A model generated the notes under the pieces. It was not told the origin of the DNA and did no database searches. It worked only from the letters and a program-made list of their open reading frames with translations. A stretch of 18,865 nucleotides of DNA from Candidatus Altarchaeum sp. (lineage in GTDB: Archaea; Altiarchaeota; Altiarchaeia; Altiarchaeales; Altiarchaeaceae). The position numbers were made by a program, and so were the translations under genes. Positions 1 through 7,566 of the stretch are shown here, piece after piece. Every line of letters begins with the position of its first letter. The first letter of the stretch is position 1. Location: positions 1 through 18,865 of the forward strand of contig JAGWDQ010000139.1 in NCBI GenBank assembly GCA_018260615.1, read 5' to 3'.

Positions 1-113
1 ATTTTAAATAAATTTAAAATAACAATAGATTGAAAATTATTTCGCAACTGGTCTATTTAGTAACTATTCAGAGGATGTCAGATTTACCTGTGAAATTTTT
101 GAAAAAAATACAA

Positions 114-281
114 TTTTCAAAACGCAGAGTTTTGAAAATACACGATTTTCAAAATCACAAAGATTTTGAAAAGACACGAACGAAGTGAGTGGAACGAAGT
201 GAGCGTAAAAATTAAAATTTTACTCGTAATTTAAAAACCCCGAAGTTTTTAAAGATTGAAAATCGTATAGATTTTCAGTAT
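114..281. repeat. Mosaic cluster of REP-like palindromes (TTTTCAAAA-loop-TTTTGAAAA x2 with (T/G)ACACGA linkers, GAACGAAGTGAG x2, AAGAT-TGAAA hairpin)
   Basis: Hairpins at 114-138 and 146-172; GAACGAAGTGAG at 178-189 and 192-203; TGAAAATC/GATTTTCA stem at 257-277. The same units recur at 6121-6350 and 7234-7440. Confidence 0.8.
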
Positions 282-327
282 TTTTTGAGGTGGCTGAATA
301 GTTACAAATTAAATTTATGCTCAAAAT

Positions 328-1122
328 TTATCTGAGCCGTAATTTTAAAAAAACAAGTGCAAAGACCAGAATAAAGGCAAACAAAATATTTGTAAAATGC
401 GATAACGGCGAAATTTTTTCAACCTTGTTGATTGTCTTAATATCAACCTTTTCTTTATTTTCAAATTTGTTTAAAAATTTTTCAATTCCTTCTTTATGCC
501 CCGCCCCTACAACTGCAACAATATTCGCATTTGGAAATCTTGACTGCAACGAATACAAATTCATCGCCATATATATGTCTCTCTCCTCAACCAAACCATT
601 GTAAAATTTCGGAAATTTTTTCATAATGTTTGTTATTTTATTTAAATTTTTCGGGTCCAGTATGCTGTTTATTCCGTCTTCAAAGTCAATATCTTTTGTC
701 ATTTTTGGCGAAAGCGTCAGCATCTTAATTTTTTCATTGAGGGGTAAATTTAGTATCCGGTTCATAGTTATGTTTATATTTCTGTCAATCAGAATAACAT
801 TTGCTTTTATTTCTCTTGCACATAAAATCGCCTCTCTCATTTCTGCACCCGGAAAGACATTTAATTTTTTCCCAATCTCTCTTTGAAACATCGCCAGCAG
901 ATACTGAATAAATCCTGCGGGACCTGAAAATAAATCGCGGGCAGAATAATGCTCTTGTTCAAAATTTACCTCAAAATTATTTTCCTCTAAAATTTCATAC
1001 CTCTTCCTGTCTAATTCAACTGCAACAAAATTTGGTTTAATTGCGAGGATTGTTTCCCTGACTTCATTTACACTTTTTTGTAATACATGTCCCGTGCCTA
1101 TTATTTTTATCATTGTTTCCAT
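328..1122 (-). CDS. TraB/GumN-family (pheromone shutdown-like) protein with C-terminal hydrophobic tail
   Basis: 264-aa ORF with IIGTGH, VAVELD, PGAEM..A, LIDR, LVEERD and VVGAGHKEGI motifs typical of the TraB family. Confidence 0.85.
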   Translation of the reverse strand: METMIKIIGTGHVLQKSVNEVRETILAIKPNFVAVELDRKRYEILEENNFEVNFEQEHYSARDLFSGPAGFIQYLLAMFQREIGKKLNVFPGAEMREAILCAREIKANVILIDRNINITMNRILNLPLNEKIKMLTLSPKMTKDIDFEDGINSILDPKNLNKITNIMKKFPKFYNGLVEERDIYMAMNLYSLQSRFPNANIVAVVGAGHKEGIEKFLNKFENKEKVDIKTINKVEKISPLSHFTNILFAFILVFALVFLKLRLR

Positions 1123-1279
1123 ACTACATAGTGCGATTTAAACTTTTGTAATACATGTCCCGTGCCTATTATTTTTATCATTGTTTCCATACTACATAGT
1201 GCGATTTAAACTTTTGTAATACATGTCCCGTGCCTATTATTTTTATCATTGTTTCCATACTACATAGTGCGATTTAAAC
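1076..1279. repeat. Perfect tandem repeat, 3 x 68 bp, containing the first 47 nt of the traB-family gene plus 21 nt upstream
   Basis: Identical units at 1076-1143, 1144-1211 and 1212-1279, read directly. Confidence 0.95.
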
Positions 1280-1369
1280 CAAAATTTTAAGAATAAAATT
1301 TTCAATGAATAATTAAATTTTAACTGAAATTTAATTTAATATTCAATAAATTTAAAAGTTTAAAACAAA

Positions 1370-2848
1370 ATGATTGAAATTCCAAACGCAGAAAAAGGGA
1401 AAGTAGTTGTCAGATTTGCACCGAATCCTTCGGGATATTTGCACATAGGACATGCAAGGGCAGCAATATTAAACGATGAAATAGCAAAGCAGTATAATGG
1501 AAAACTCATATTGCGAATTGAAGATACAGATCCCGGAAGGGTTGATGAAGAAGCATACACTGCAATTGAAGATGATTTAAAATGGCTCGGAGTTGACTGG
1601 GATATGAAAATAATACAAAGCGAGCGCCTGACGACTTATGAAAATTTTGCAGAACAATTAATTGAGCAGGGAAATGCTTATGTATGTAATTGCGAACAGG
1701 AAAAATTTAAGGCATTAAAACTGGCAAAGATGTCGTGCCCGCACAGAAATTTAACGACGGAGGAAAATTTAAAAAATTTTGAGAAAATGCACACAGAGGA
1801 TGGCTGGACGGTGCGAATTAAGACAAATTTAAACGAGCCGAATCCTTCTTTAGTGGATTTTCCTTTGTTAAGGGCATCAAAAGAGGAACATCCTCGTTTG
1901 AAAAACAATGTCTTAACACTTTATCCCTTAATGAATCTTTCTGTTGCAGTTGATGACCATTTACTTGAAATAACGGATGTTTTAAGAGGTAAAGACCATC
2001 TTACCAATACGGAAAAGCAAAAATTTATTTATAAATATTTCGGATGGAATGAACCAAATTTTATTCATTACGGAATAATGAGTATTGGTTCCGAAGGAAA
2101 AATCAGCAAGAGTGAAATAAAGAAAGGTATTGACGAAGGGAAATTTACCGGATGGGATGATGTCCATTTACTGACATTAAGAGCGCTGAAGAGGCGGGGG
2201 ATAAACCCGCAGGCAATAAGGAATTATATGTTAAATTTGGGGATAAAAGATGTTGATATTGAATTTAGTGAAGAAGCGCTGTATTTTGAAAATAAGAAAT
2301 TTATTGAGTCATGTTTCAGGCATTTTTTCATTGAGGATCCGTTAGGTCTTACAATTGAAAATTTTCCGGATATGGTTGTCCGATTTCCGCTGCATAAGGA
2401 ACATACTTATGGATTCAGGACATTTGATTTAGTGCCGGAAAACAACAAAATTAATTTATTGATTCAAAAGAGTGATGCGGAAAAATTAAAAGAAGGTGAT
2501 GAAATACGGCTGATGAATACCTGTAATGTCCGAATTAAAAAAGCAGATACCACAACAGGAAGAGTTATTGCTGATTATGTGGAGAATTCTCACGGGCCGA
2601 TGGTTGAAATTAATGGAAAAAATGGGGAGAAGAAGAAATTTCATAATATTCCAAAGGTTTTGTGGCTTCCCGAAGGTGGAGGTATTAAGGCGAAAATTTA
2701 TTGTCCCGAAAGAACAGCAGATGGAATTTGTGAAATTGCCTGTAAAAATTTAAAGGAAAATAACATTATCCAGTTTGAGACATTTGGGTTTTGCAGGGTT
2801 GATAAGGTTAAGGATAATTTAATTGAGTTTTATTTTACACAAAGATAA
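1370..2848 (+). CDS. gltX: Glutamyl-tRNA synthetase, archaeal type
   Basis: RFAPNPSGYLHIGH (HIGH), LRIEDTDP, YVCNC, VLRGKDH, ISKS (KMSKS-like), C-terminal QFETFGFCRVD. Confidence 0.97.
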   Translation: MIEIPNAEKGKVVVRFAPNPSGYLHIGHARAAILNDEIAKQYNGKLILRIEDTDPGRVDEEAYTAIEDDLKWLGVDWDMKIIQSERLTTYENFAEQLIEQGNAYVCNCEQEKFKALKLAKMSCPHRNLTTEENLKNFEKMHTEDGWTVRIKTNLNEPNPSLVDFPLLRASKEEHPRLKNNVLTLYPLMNLSVAVDDHLLEITDVLRGKDHLTNTEKQKFIYKYFGWNEPNFIHYGIMSIGSEGKISKSEIKKGIDEGKFTGWDDVHLLTLRALKRRGINPQAIRNYMLNLGIKDVDIEFSEEALYFENKKFIESCFRHFFIEDPLGLTIENFPDMVVRFPLHKEHTYGFRTFDLVPENNKINLLIQKSDAEKLKEGDEIRLMNTCNVRIKKADTTTGRVIADYVENSHGPMVEINGKNGEKKKFHNIPKVLWLPEGGGIKAKIYCPERTADGICEIACKNLKENNIIQFETFGFCRVDKVKDNLIEFYFTQR

Positions 2849-2850
2849 AA

Positions 2851-3336
2851 ATGTCTGTTAAAAACGGCAATTTTGTAGCAGGTTGTATTGACAAAGATAT
2901 AAATAAAGACATTCAGACCCAGCCATGTGGTTTTGATTTAACGCTCAAAGAAATTTATGAATTTACCTGTGCGGGAATTATTGGCTTTTTAAACAAAAAT
3001 TTGTCCGAATATAAAAAGATATTTGACAGCAATGAGGCAGATAAGACATTTTTAAAAAAAGGTGCATACAAAATTGTTTTTAATGAAATTGTTAAGATTC
3101 CGAAAAATTGTATCGGGCTGGTTTTTCCGCGCTCCACTTTGTTGAGGATGGGATGTGAAATTCATACGGCTGTTTGGGATGCCGGATATATCGGAAGGGG
3201 TGAAGCACTCCTAAATGTATTTAATGAGCACGGAATTTACCTGGAAAAGAATACAAGAATTTGCCAGATGATTTTATTAGAAGCGGATGAGCCATTAAAA
3301 ATATATAACGGGGACTATCAATATTCCAATATGTAA
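2851..3336 (+). CDS. dut: Trimeric dUTPase / dCTP deaminase family protein (archaeal dUTPase-like)
   Basis: QPCGFDLTL, PRSTLLRMG, AVWDAGYIGRG and RICQM motifs; 161 aa. Confidence 0.85.
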   Translation: MSVKNGNFVAGCIDKDINKDIQTQPCGFDLTLKEIYEFTCAGIIGFLNKNLSEYKKIFDSNEADKTFLKKGAYKIVFNEIVKIPKNCIGLVFPRSTLLRMGCEIHTAVWDAGYIGRGEALLNVFNEHGIYLEKNTRICQMILLEADEPLKIYNGDYQYSNM

Positions 3337-3347
3337 AAATAATAAAA

Positions 3348-3863
3348 ATGAATATTGTGTTAATCGGATTTAGAGGTACCGGAAAAACTACTGTTGGCAA
3401 AATTTTAAGCGAGCAAATTAAATGGAAATTTATCTCGTCTGATGATGAAATTGAAAACAGGTCTGGAAAAATTTCAAATATTGTCCGGGATAATGGCTGG
3501 GAATATTTCAGACGACTGGAAGAAAATGTGATTGAAAATATAGCAAAAGAAGATAAGACAATTATTGCGACAGGAGGCGGAGCGGTAATAAATAAGAAAA
3601 ATGTGGAAAATTTAAAGAAGAACGGGAAATTTTTCCTTCTTACAGCGGACAAAGAAATAATAATAAACCGCATAAAAAATTCGGACAGGCCGTCATTAAC
3701 TAACCAAGTTAGTATTGAAGATGAAGTTGAGAAAATTTTAAATGAAAGAATGCCGGTTTATCTTTCAATTGCCGATTACATAATTGACACATCTTCTTTA
3801 ACTCCGAAAGATATTGCAGGGAAAATTTTTATCTTTACTATGAAGGACTTAATGCACAAATAA
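3348..3863 (+). CDS. aroK: Shikimate kinase, bacterial (NMP-kinase fold) type
   Basis: P-loop GFRGTGKT, SDDEIE, FRRLE, IATGGG, lid DRPSL, ERMPVY. Confidence 0.9.
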   Translation: MNIVLIGFRGTGKTTVGKILSEQIKWKFISSDDEIENRSGKISNIVRDNGWEYFRRLEENVIENIAKEDKTIIATGGGAVINKKNVENLKKNGKFFLLTADKEIIINRIKNSDRPSLTNQVSIEDEVEKILNERMPVYLSIADYIIDTSSLTPKDIAGKIFIFTMKDLMHK

Positions 3864-3915
3864 TAATTTATGATATTAAATTTTATTGTATATTTTAAAT
3901 TTTAATCTTGTCAAA

Positions 3916-5922
3916 ATGTATGTATGCCCGAAATGCGGAAAGGAATATAAAAAGGATGTGTTAAGAAGATGCGATTATTGTAAGAAGGTAATTGGCTGCA
4001 ATTATTGTTTGACCCCCGGAACATTAGAATACCGTTATTGTGATGACCACAACCCAAAGCCGAAAAAAGACAAAGGTGAAGAAATTTTGAAATTTATAAA
4101 AATTTTCAATACGGATGTTGCTCCGGATGAGCCATTATACAAACATACTGTATTGCAACTGACAAAAATTGCTAATGAAGAAGAAGGTCTGAATAAAATT
4201 ATTAATATTTTTAAGAGTGAAACAGAAAGGACTATTGATTCGGATGTCTTAATTGAGGGACTGATTGATGTGTTTAAAAATGTAAGGAGCGATGCGGTAA
4301 TTGAATCGATTGTAGAATATATTGATAATTCATACCGGAATGATGAATTTGCACACTTGTCTGAATGTATTGGATTGTTATTTGAAATTAAAACAAACAA
4401 GGCGGTTGAAAAAATCAGAGAACTTTCAGGGTATCCTTCTGTTGATATAAGAAAAGAAATATTAGATGTGCTTTCTGAAATTTCACAGGATGATAAAGCA
4501 AATCCGGAAATTTTAAAAATTTATAATGAAATTCTTGCCGGCAGGTCAGATTATGAAGTTGAGGAAATTTACGATTTGCTCGCTCATTTTGCAGATATTG
4601 ATTATCGTGTTAGGGATAATGCAGTCAGGGAATTGGCAGAGAAGGACTCTAAAAAAGAACTGACCGGATTTCTTAACAGTTCAGATCCGCAGATAATCGG
4701 ATATAGTATCAGGACCTTAGCGTTAAAGAACGAATTAAAAAATAATGACGAAGAAAACAAGGCAGAAAAGGATGAAGAAAATGTCATTAATGATGATATT
4801 GATGATGTTGATGCAAAAATTTCCGAATGTATGAAACATGAAAACGAATTTGTAAGGGAAAGTGCAATATTGTATCTGAAAAGCAAAGGCATGTATGACA
4901 AAATTTTTGAGGCAATAACTGATAATTCAACAAACGTCAAAATTTCTGCGCTGGACGCTTTGATTGAAGGAGGAGAGCATGCAAAGGAATATGTTGCTCA
5001 AATACAGGAAGGCGACAATGAATTTGCAAAGAACTATATGAGTAATGAAGAAATGAGATATGCTGAAAATGTAAAAAGAGAGATTGATTTGCATGATAAA
5101 TACGCATGGGATTTCGTAAATTATGATAAAGAGAGCGAAGCAATTGAGGAATATAATGAAATTTTAAAAATAGACAAAAATAATGGCAATGCGTATTTAA
5201 ATTTAGGCGAAGTATATTCTAAAATTTATCGCTACAAAGATGCAGAAGAATGTGCAAAGAAACATTTAGAAATAAATCAGGATTCCGCCGAAGGATGGAG
5301 TTTGCTCGGAAGAATTTACAATGTAAAAGGTATGGAAAAAGAGGCGCTTGATGCGTTTAAGAAGTCCATTGCTATTAAAGATAATTTTTTATCTCGTCTG
5401 TTTTCGGGAGAAATTGAGCAAAGGACTAAAAATTTTGATGAAGCAATTGAGGAATATAAGGCATTGTTGAAAATTAAGGATATTGCAAACATCCGACTAA
5501 GAATATATGAAATTTTGCGCGAACAGGACAAAAAAGAGGATGCGATGGATGAACTGCAAAAAGGAATTGATGCATTTCCCGATGAAATTGAATTTTATAA
5601 AGATCTTTCAACGATGCTGATAGAGGCACAAAGATCGTCCGATGCGGAAAAATTGCTTAGAACAGCGTACAGGAAATTTCCTTATGATGCCGAAACATCC
5701 GGAATGCTGGCTTCCGCATTATTTCAATCGCATAAATACAGCGAATCAGAATACATCATTAAAAAACTATTTGCTGAAAATCCCGATGTAGCAAAATCAG
5801 GGGGGCATGCCGTACTTCATGAAATTTTAGGTATGAGTTTAGGCGAGCAGGGAAAGATAGCAGAGGCAACAAAAGAATTAAAGACAGCACATCGTCTTGA
5901 TCCTTCACTGGGAAGGAGATAG
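3916..5922 (+). CDS. Multidomain protein: N-terminal Cys/His zinc-binding region, HEAT-like repeats, acidic linker, C-terminal TPR array
   Basis: CPKC, CDYC, CNYC and CDDH in the first ~45 aa; VRDNAVRELA, VRESAILYL and VKISALDAL (HEAT-like); AYLNLGEVY, GWSLLGRIY and EAIEEYK (TPR-like). ATG at 3916 preferred over the TTG at 3886 used by the ORF track. Confidence 0.8.
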   Translation: MYVCPKCGKEYKKDVLRRCDYCKKVIGCNYCLTPGTLEYRYCDDHNPKPKKDKGEEILKFIKIFNTDVAPDEPLYKHTVLQLTKIANEEEGLNKIINIFKSETERTIDSDVLIEGLIDVFKNVRSDAVIESIVEYIDNSYRNDEFAHLSECIGLLFEIKTNKAVEKIRELSGYPSVDIRKEILDVLSEISQDDKANPEILKIYNEILAGRSDYEVEEIYDLLAHFADIDYRVRDNAVRELAEKDSKKELTGFLNSSDPQIIGYSIRTLALKNELKNNDEENKAEKDEENVINDDIDDVDAKISECMKHENEFVRESAILYLKSKGMYDKIFEAITDNSTNVKISALDALIEGGEHAKEYVAQIQEGDNEFAKNYMSNEEMRYAENVKREIDLHDKYAWDFVNYDKESEAIEEYNEILKIDKNNGNAYLNLGEVYSKIYRYKDAEECAKKHLEINQDSAEGWSLLGRIYNVKGMEKEALDAFKKSIAIKDNFLSRLFSGEIEQRTKNFDEAIEEYKALLKIKDIANIRLRIYEILREQDKKEDAMDELQKGIDAFPDEIEFYKDLSTMLIEAQRSSDAEKLLRTAYRKFPYDAETSGMLASALFQSHKYSESEYIIKKLFAENPDVAKSGGHAVLHEILGMSLGEQGKIAEATKELKTAHRLDPSLGRR

Positions 5923-5996
5923 TAAAACAACACAAATCAACAGGAAAATCAGGAGGTTAGATGAATGGGAAAATTTAACGGAAAAATTTCAAATTT

Positions 5997-6041
5997 TGGA
6001 CTGGTCGGGATTTGAACCCGAAGCCTCTGCCGTGCGAGGGC
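5997..6041 (-). pseudogene. tRNA-Ala 3' fragment (positions 29-73), att-like copy 1
   Basis: 45/45 nt identical to 6540-6584. Confidence 0.93.
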
Positions 6042-6413
6042 TACGATGAACTTTTTTCTTTTAAAAAAGCTCACACGAAGCCACAAAGCCACAGAGTATT
6101 TTAAAATCAAGAGATTTTTAAAGATTGAAAATTCTCAAAGAATTTTCAGTATTTAAAAATTTCGTAAATTTTAAAAGATTGAAACCTCACAGGTTTCAGT
6201 ATATTTCTCCTTTGTGTCCCTGTGTCTTCGTGTGAGGATCATAAAACGAACTTTCCTGTACGATAAAAAAAGAAAAAATCATCTCGCTCTTGCTCGGAGA
6301 TTTAAAAATTTAGAGAATTTTTAAATCACCTTACTTCGTTCGGAGATTTTAGAAGCAAGTTCTAAAACACTCCGAAAAAAGAAAAAAGTAAACATTGGAA
6401 TAAATTTCAAATT
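6042..6413. mobile_element. Composite non-coding element: ends of the small Y-R-R element with nested inverted-repeat unit and REP-like hairpins
   Basis: Starts TACGATGAACTTTTTTCTTTTA and ends AAACACTCCGAAAAAAGAAAAAAGTAAAC..AAATT as in 6459-6539; interior contains 6070-6236 and REP-like units. Confidence 0.65.
6070..6236. mobile_element. MITE-like unit with 27-bp imperfect terminal inverted repeats
   Basis: 6070-6096 versus reverse complement of 6210-6236: 22/27 match, outer 11 bp (CTCACACGAAG) perfect; two hairpins inside; no clear TSD. Confidence 0.55.
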
Positions 6414-6458
6414 TGGACTGGTCGGGATTTGAACCCGAAGCCTCTGCCGTGCGAGGGC
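6414..6458 (-). pseudogene. tRNA-Ala 3' fragment (positions 29-73), att-like copy 2
   Basis: 45/45 nt identical to 6540-6584 and 5997-6041. Confidence 0.93.
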
Positions 6459-6539
6459 TACGATGAACTTTTTTCTTTTAGGAAAAGAAAAAACACTCCG
6501 AAAAAAGAAAAAAGTAAACCTTTGAAGAAATTTTAAATT
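6459..6539. mobile_element. Small non-coding element (ATGAAC-Y tract-R tract-CACTCCG-R tract-AAAC-tail), copy A
   Basis: Homologous to 13636-13729; 13-bp inverted repeat ACTTTTTTCTTTT (6467-6479) / AAAAGAAAAAAGT (6503-6515). Mobility is inferred. Confidence 0.65.
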
Positions 6540-6611
6540 TGGACTGGTCGGGATTTGAACCCGAAGCCTCTGCCGTGCGAGGGCAGCGATCTACCGTTGA
6601 TCTACCAGCCC
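6540..6611 (-). tRNA. tRNA-Ala, anticodon CGC, intronless, CCA not encoded
   Basis: Full cloverleaf: acceptor GGGCTGG/CCAGTCC with G3:U70, D stem GATC/GATC, anticodon stem CTGCC/GGCAG with loop CTCGCAC, T arm TCGGG-TTCAAAT-CCCGA, discriminator A73. Confidence 0.97.
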
Positions 6612-7054
6612 GAAAATGCCGCACCCTGTTCGTCTCTTTCATTAACCATAACCTCTAATCCGCGTATATTTTTAAAATTTTTTAAAATTTCCTTTAATTC
6701 ATTGTGCAAAAGATATGCCAGATTTTCACAGGTTACATTGCCAATCGGAACAATAACACAATCTTCTTTCGGGAACGAATATTTTTTTGAATTTGCGGTA
6801 AAATTTAAATTTCCGCCATCGTCCTTGTAGTTTATTGAATTCGGAAGCAGCATTTTATGGTCAAATTTGTTCAGCAGTTCGTCGGTAATGTTTTTTAATA
6901 TTGTAAAGTCAATAACCCAGCCGTGTTCTTCCAGTTCACCTTCAACAATTACTTTTACCTTCCAGTTATGTCCGTGAATTCTTCCGCATTTCTCGTGTCC
7001 TATTAAAAAATGTGCGGATGAAAAAGTTTTTACGATTGAAATTTTTACGCTCAT
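6602..7054 (-). CDS. queD: 6-carboxy-5,6,7,8-tetrahydropterin synthase (QueD/PTPS family)
   Basis: FSSAHFL, CGRIHGHNW, FDHKMLL and TCENLA motifs; 150 aa. Confidence 0.92.
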   Translation of the reverse strand: MSVKISIVKTFSSAHFLIGHEKCGRIHGHNWKVKVIVEGELEEHGWVIDFTILKNITDELLNKFDHKMLLPNSINYKDDGGNLNFTANSKKYSFPKEDCVIVPIGNVTCENLAYLLHNELKEILKNFKNIRGLEVMVNERDEQGAAFSGW

Positions 7055-7233
7055 CTTATAGTTATATTATGATTTACAATTAAATTTACAATTAATTTTA
7101 TCCTTAAAAATTAGTTTTGAAACAAATTTATAATAAAATTTCTATGTGCTGACGAAATGCATTAAGTTGTGAGGGAATGCTAAAAATTGAAGGCGACCTG
7201 CAAATTCATCAGAATTTGGATATGTTCGAACGA

Positions 7234-7520
7234 TTTTCAAACAAGTTTGAAAATACACGATTTCAAAAATGAAGTTTTTGAATACTGAAAATCTTTGAGA
7301 TTTTCAATCTTATTTTTAAATCACCTCATTATCATTCGGAGATTTTAAAAACTCTGTTTTTAAAATCGCAGAGATTTAAAAATCTCCGAACGATTTCCAA
7401 AATCGCAGAGATTTTGAAAATACACGAACGAAGTGAGCGTAAGTGAGGTGACAAAATGCGAGCATTTTGTAAAGACACTAACAACAGTGAGTGGAACGAC
7501 AGAGAGCGTAAGTGAAAACA
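7234..7520. repeat. Second mosaic cluster of REP-like palindromes
   Basis: TTTTCAAA-CAAG-TTTGAAAA-TACACGA; reversed AAGAT-TGAAA hairpin at 7281-7311; 12-bp inverted repeat TTCGGAGATTTT (7335-7346) / AAAATCTCCGAA (7379-7390); ACACGAACGAAGTGAG at 7422-7437 identical to 174-189. Confidence 0.8.
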
Positions 7521-7566
7521 AATTTATGCAAATATATCCGAACAATTTAAATATATAAACATCAAA

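Noticed and set aside
114-281. CRISPR array
   Set aside because: Units are palindromes of variable sequence and spacing, not constant repeats with unique ~35-nt spacers; no cas genes in the window.
1076-1279. CRISPR array or mobile element
   Set aside because: Three fully identical contiguous units with no spacers, no terminal repeats and purely host gene sequence.
3886-3915. Extended N-terminus of the Zn/HEAT/TPR protein
   Set aside because: TTG start in AT-rich intergenic-like DNA; the ATG at 3916 directly precedes the CPKC motif.
5997-6458. Split (trans-spliced) tRNA halves
   Set aside because: Fragments start at position 29 rather than 37/38, no 5' half or complementary leader is visible, and an intact gene is adjacent.
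6555-6830. 91-aa plus-strand ORF
   Set aside because: Antisense shadow of tRNA-Ala and queD.
7149-7212. Hammerhead ribozyme (CUGACGA / CUGAUGA cores on either strand)
   Set aside because: No GAAA after stem II and no stem I complement on either strand.
7055-7230. preQ1 riboswitch upstream of queD
   Set aside because: No recognisable preQ1 aptamer consensus seen.
252-7311. Integron attC sites
   Set aside because: Hairpins lack RYYYAAC/GTTRRRY ends and are not arranged one per gene cassette.
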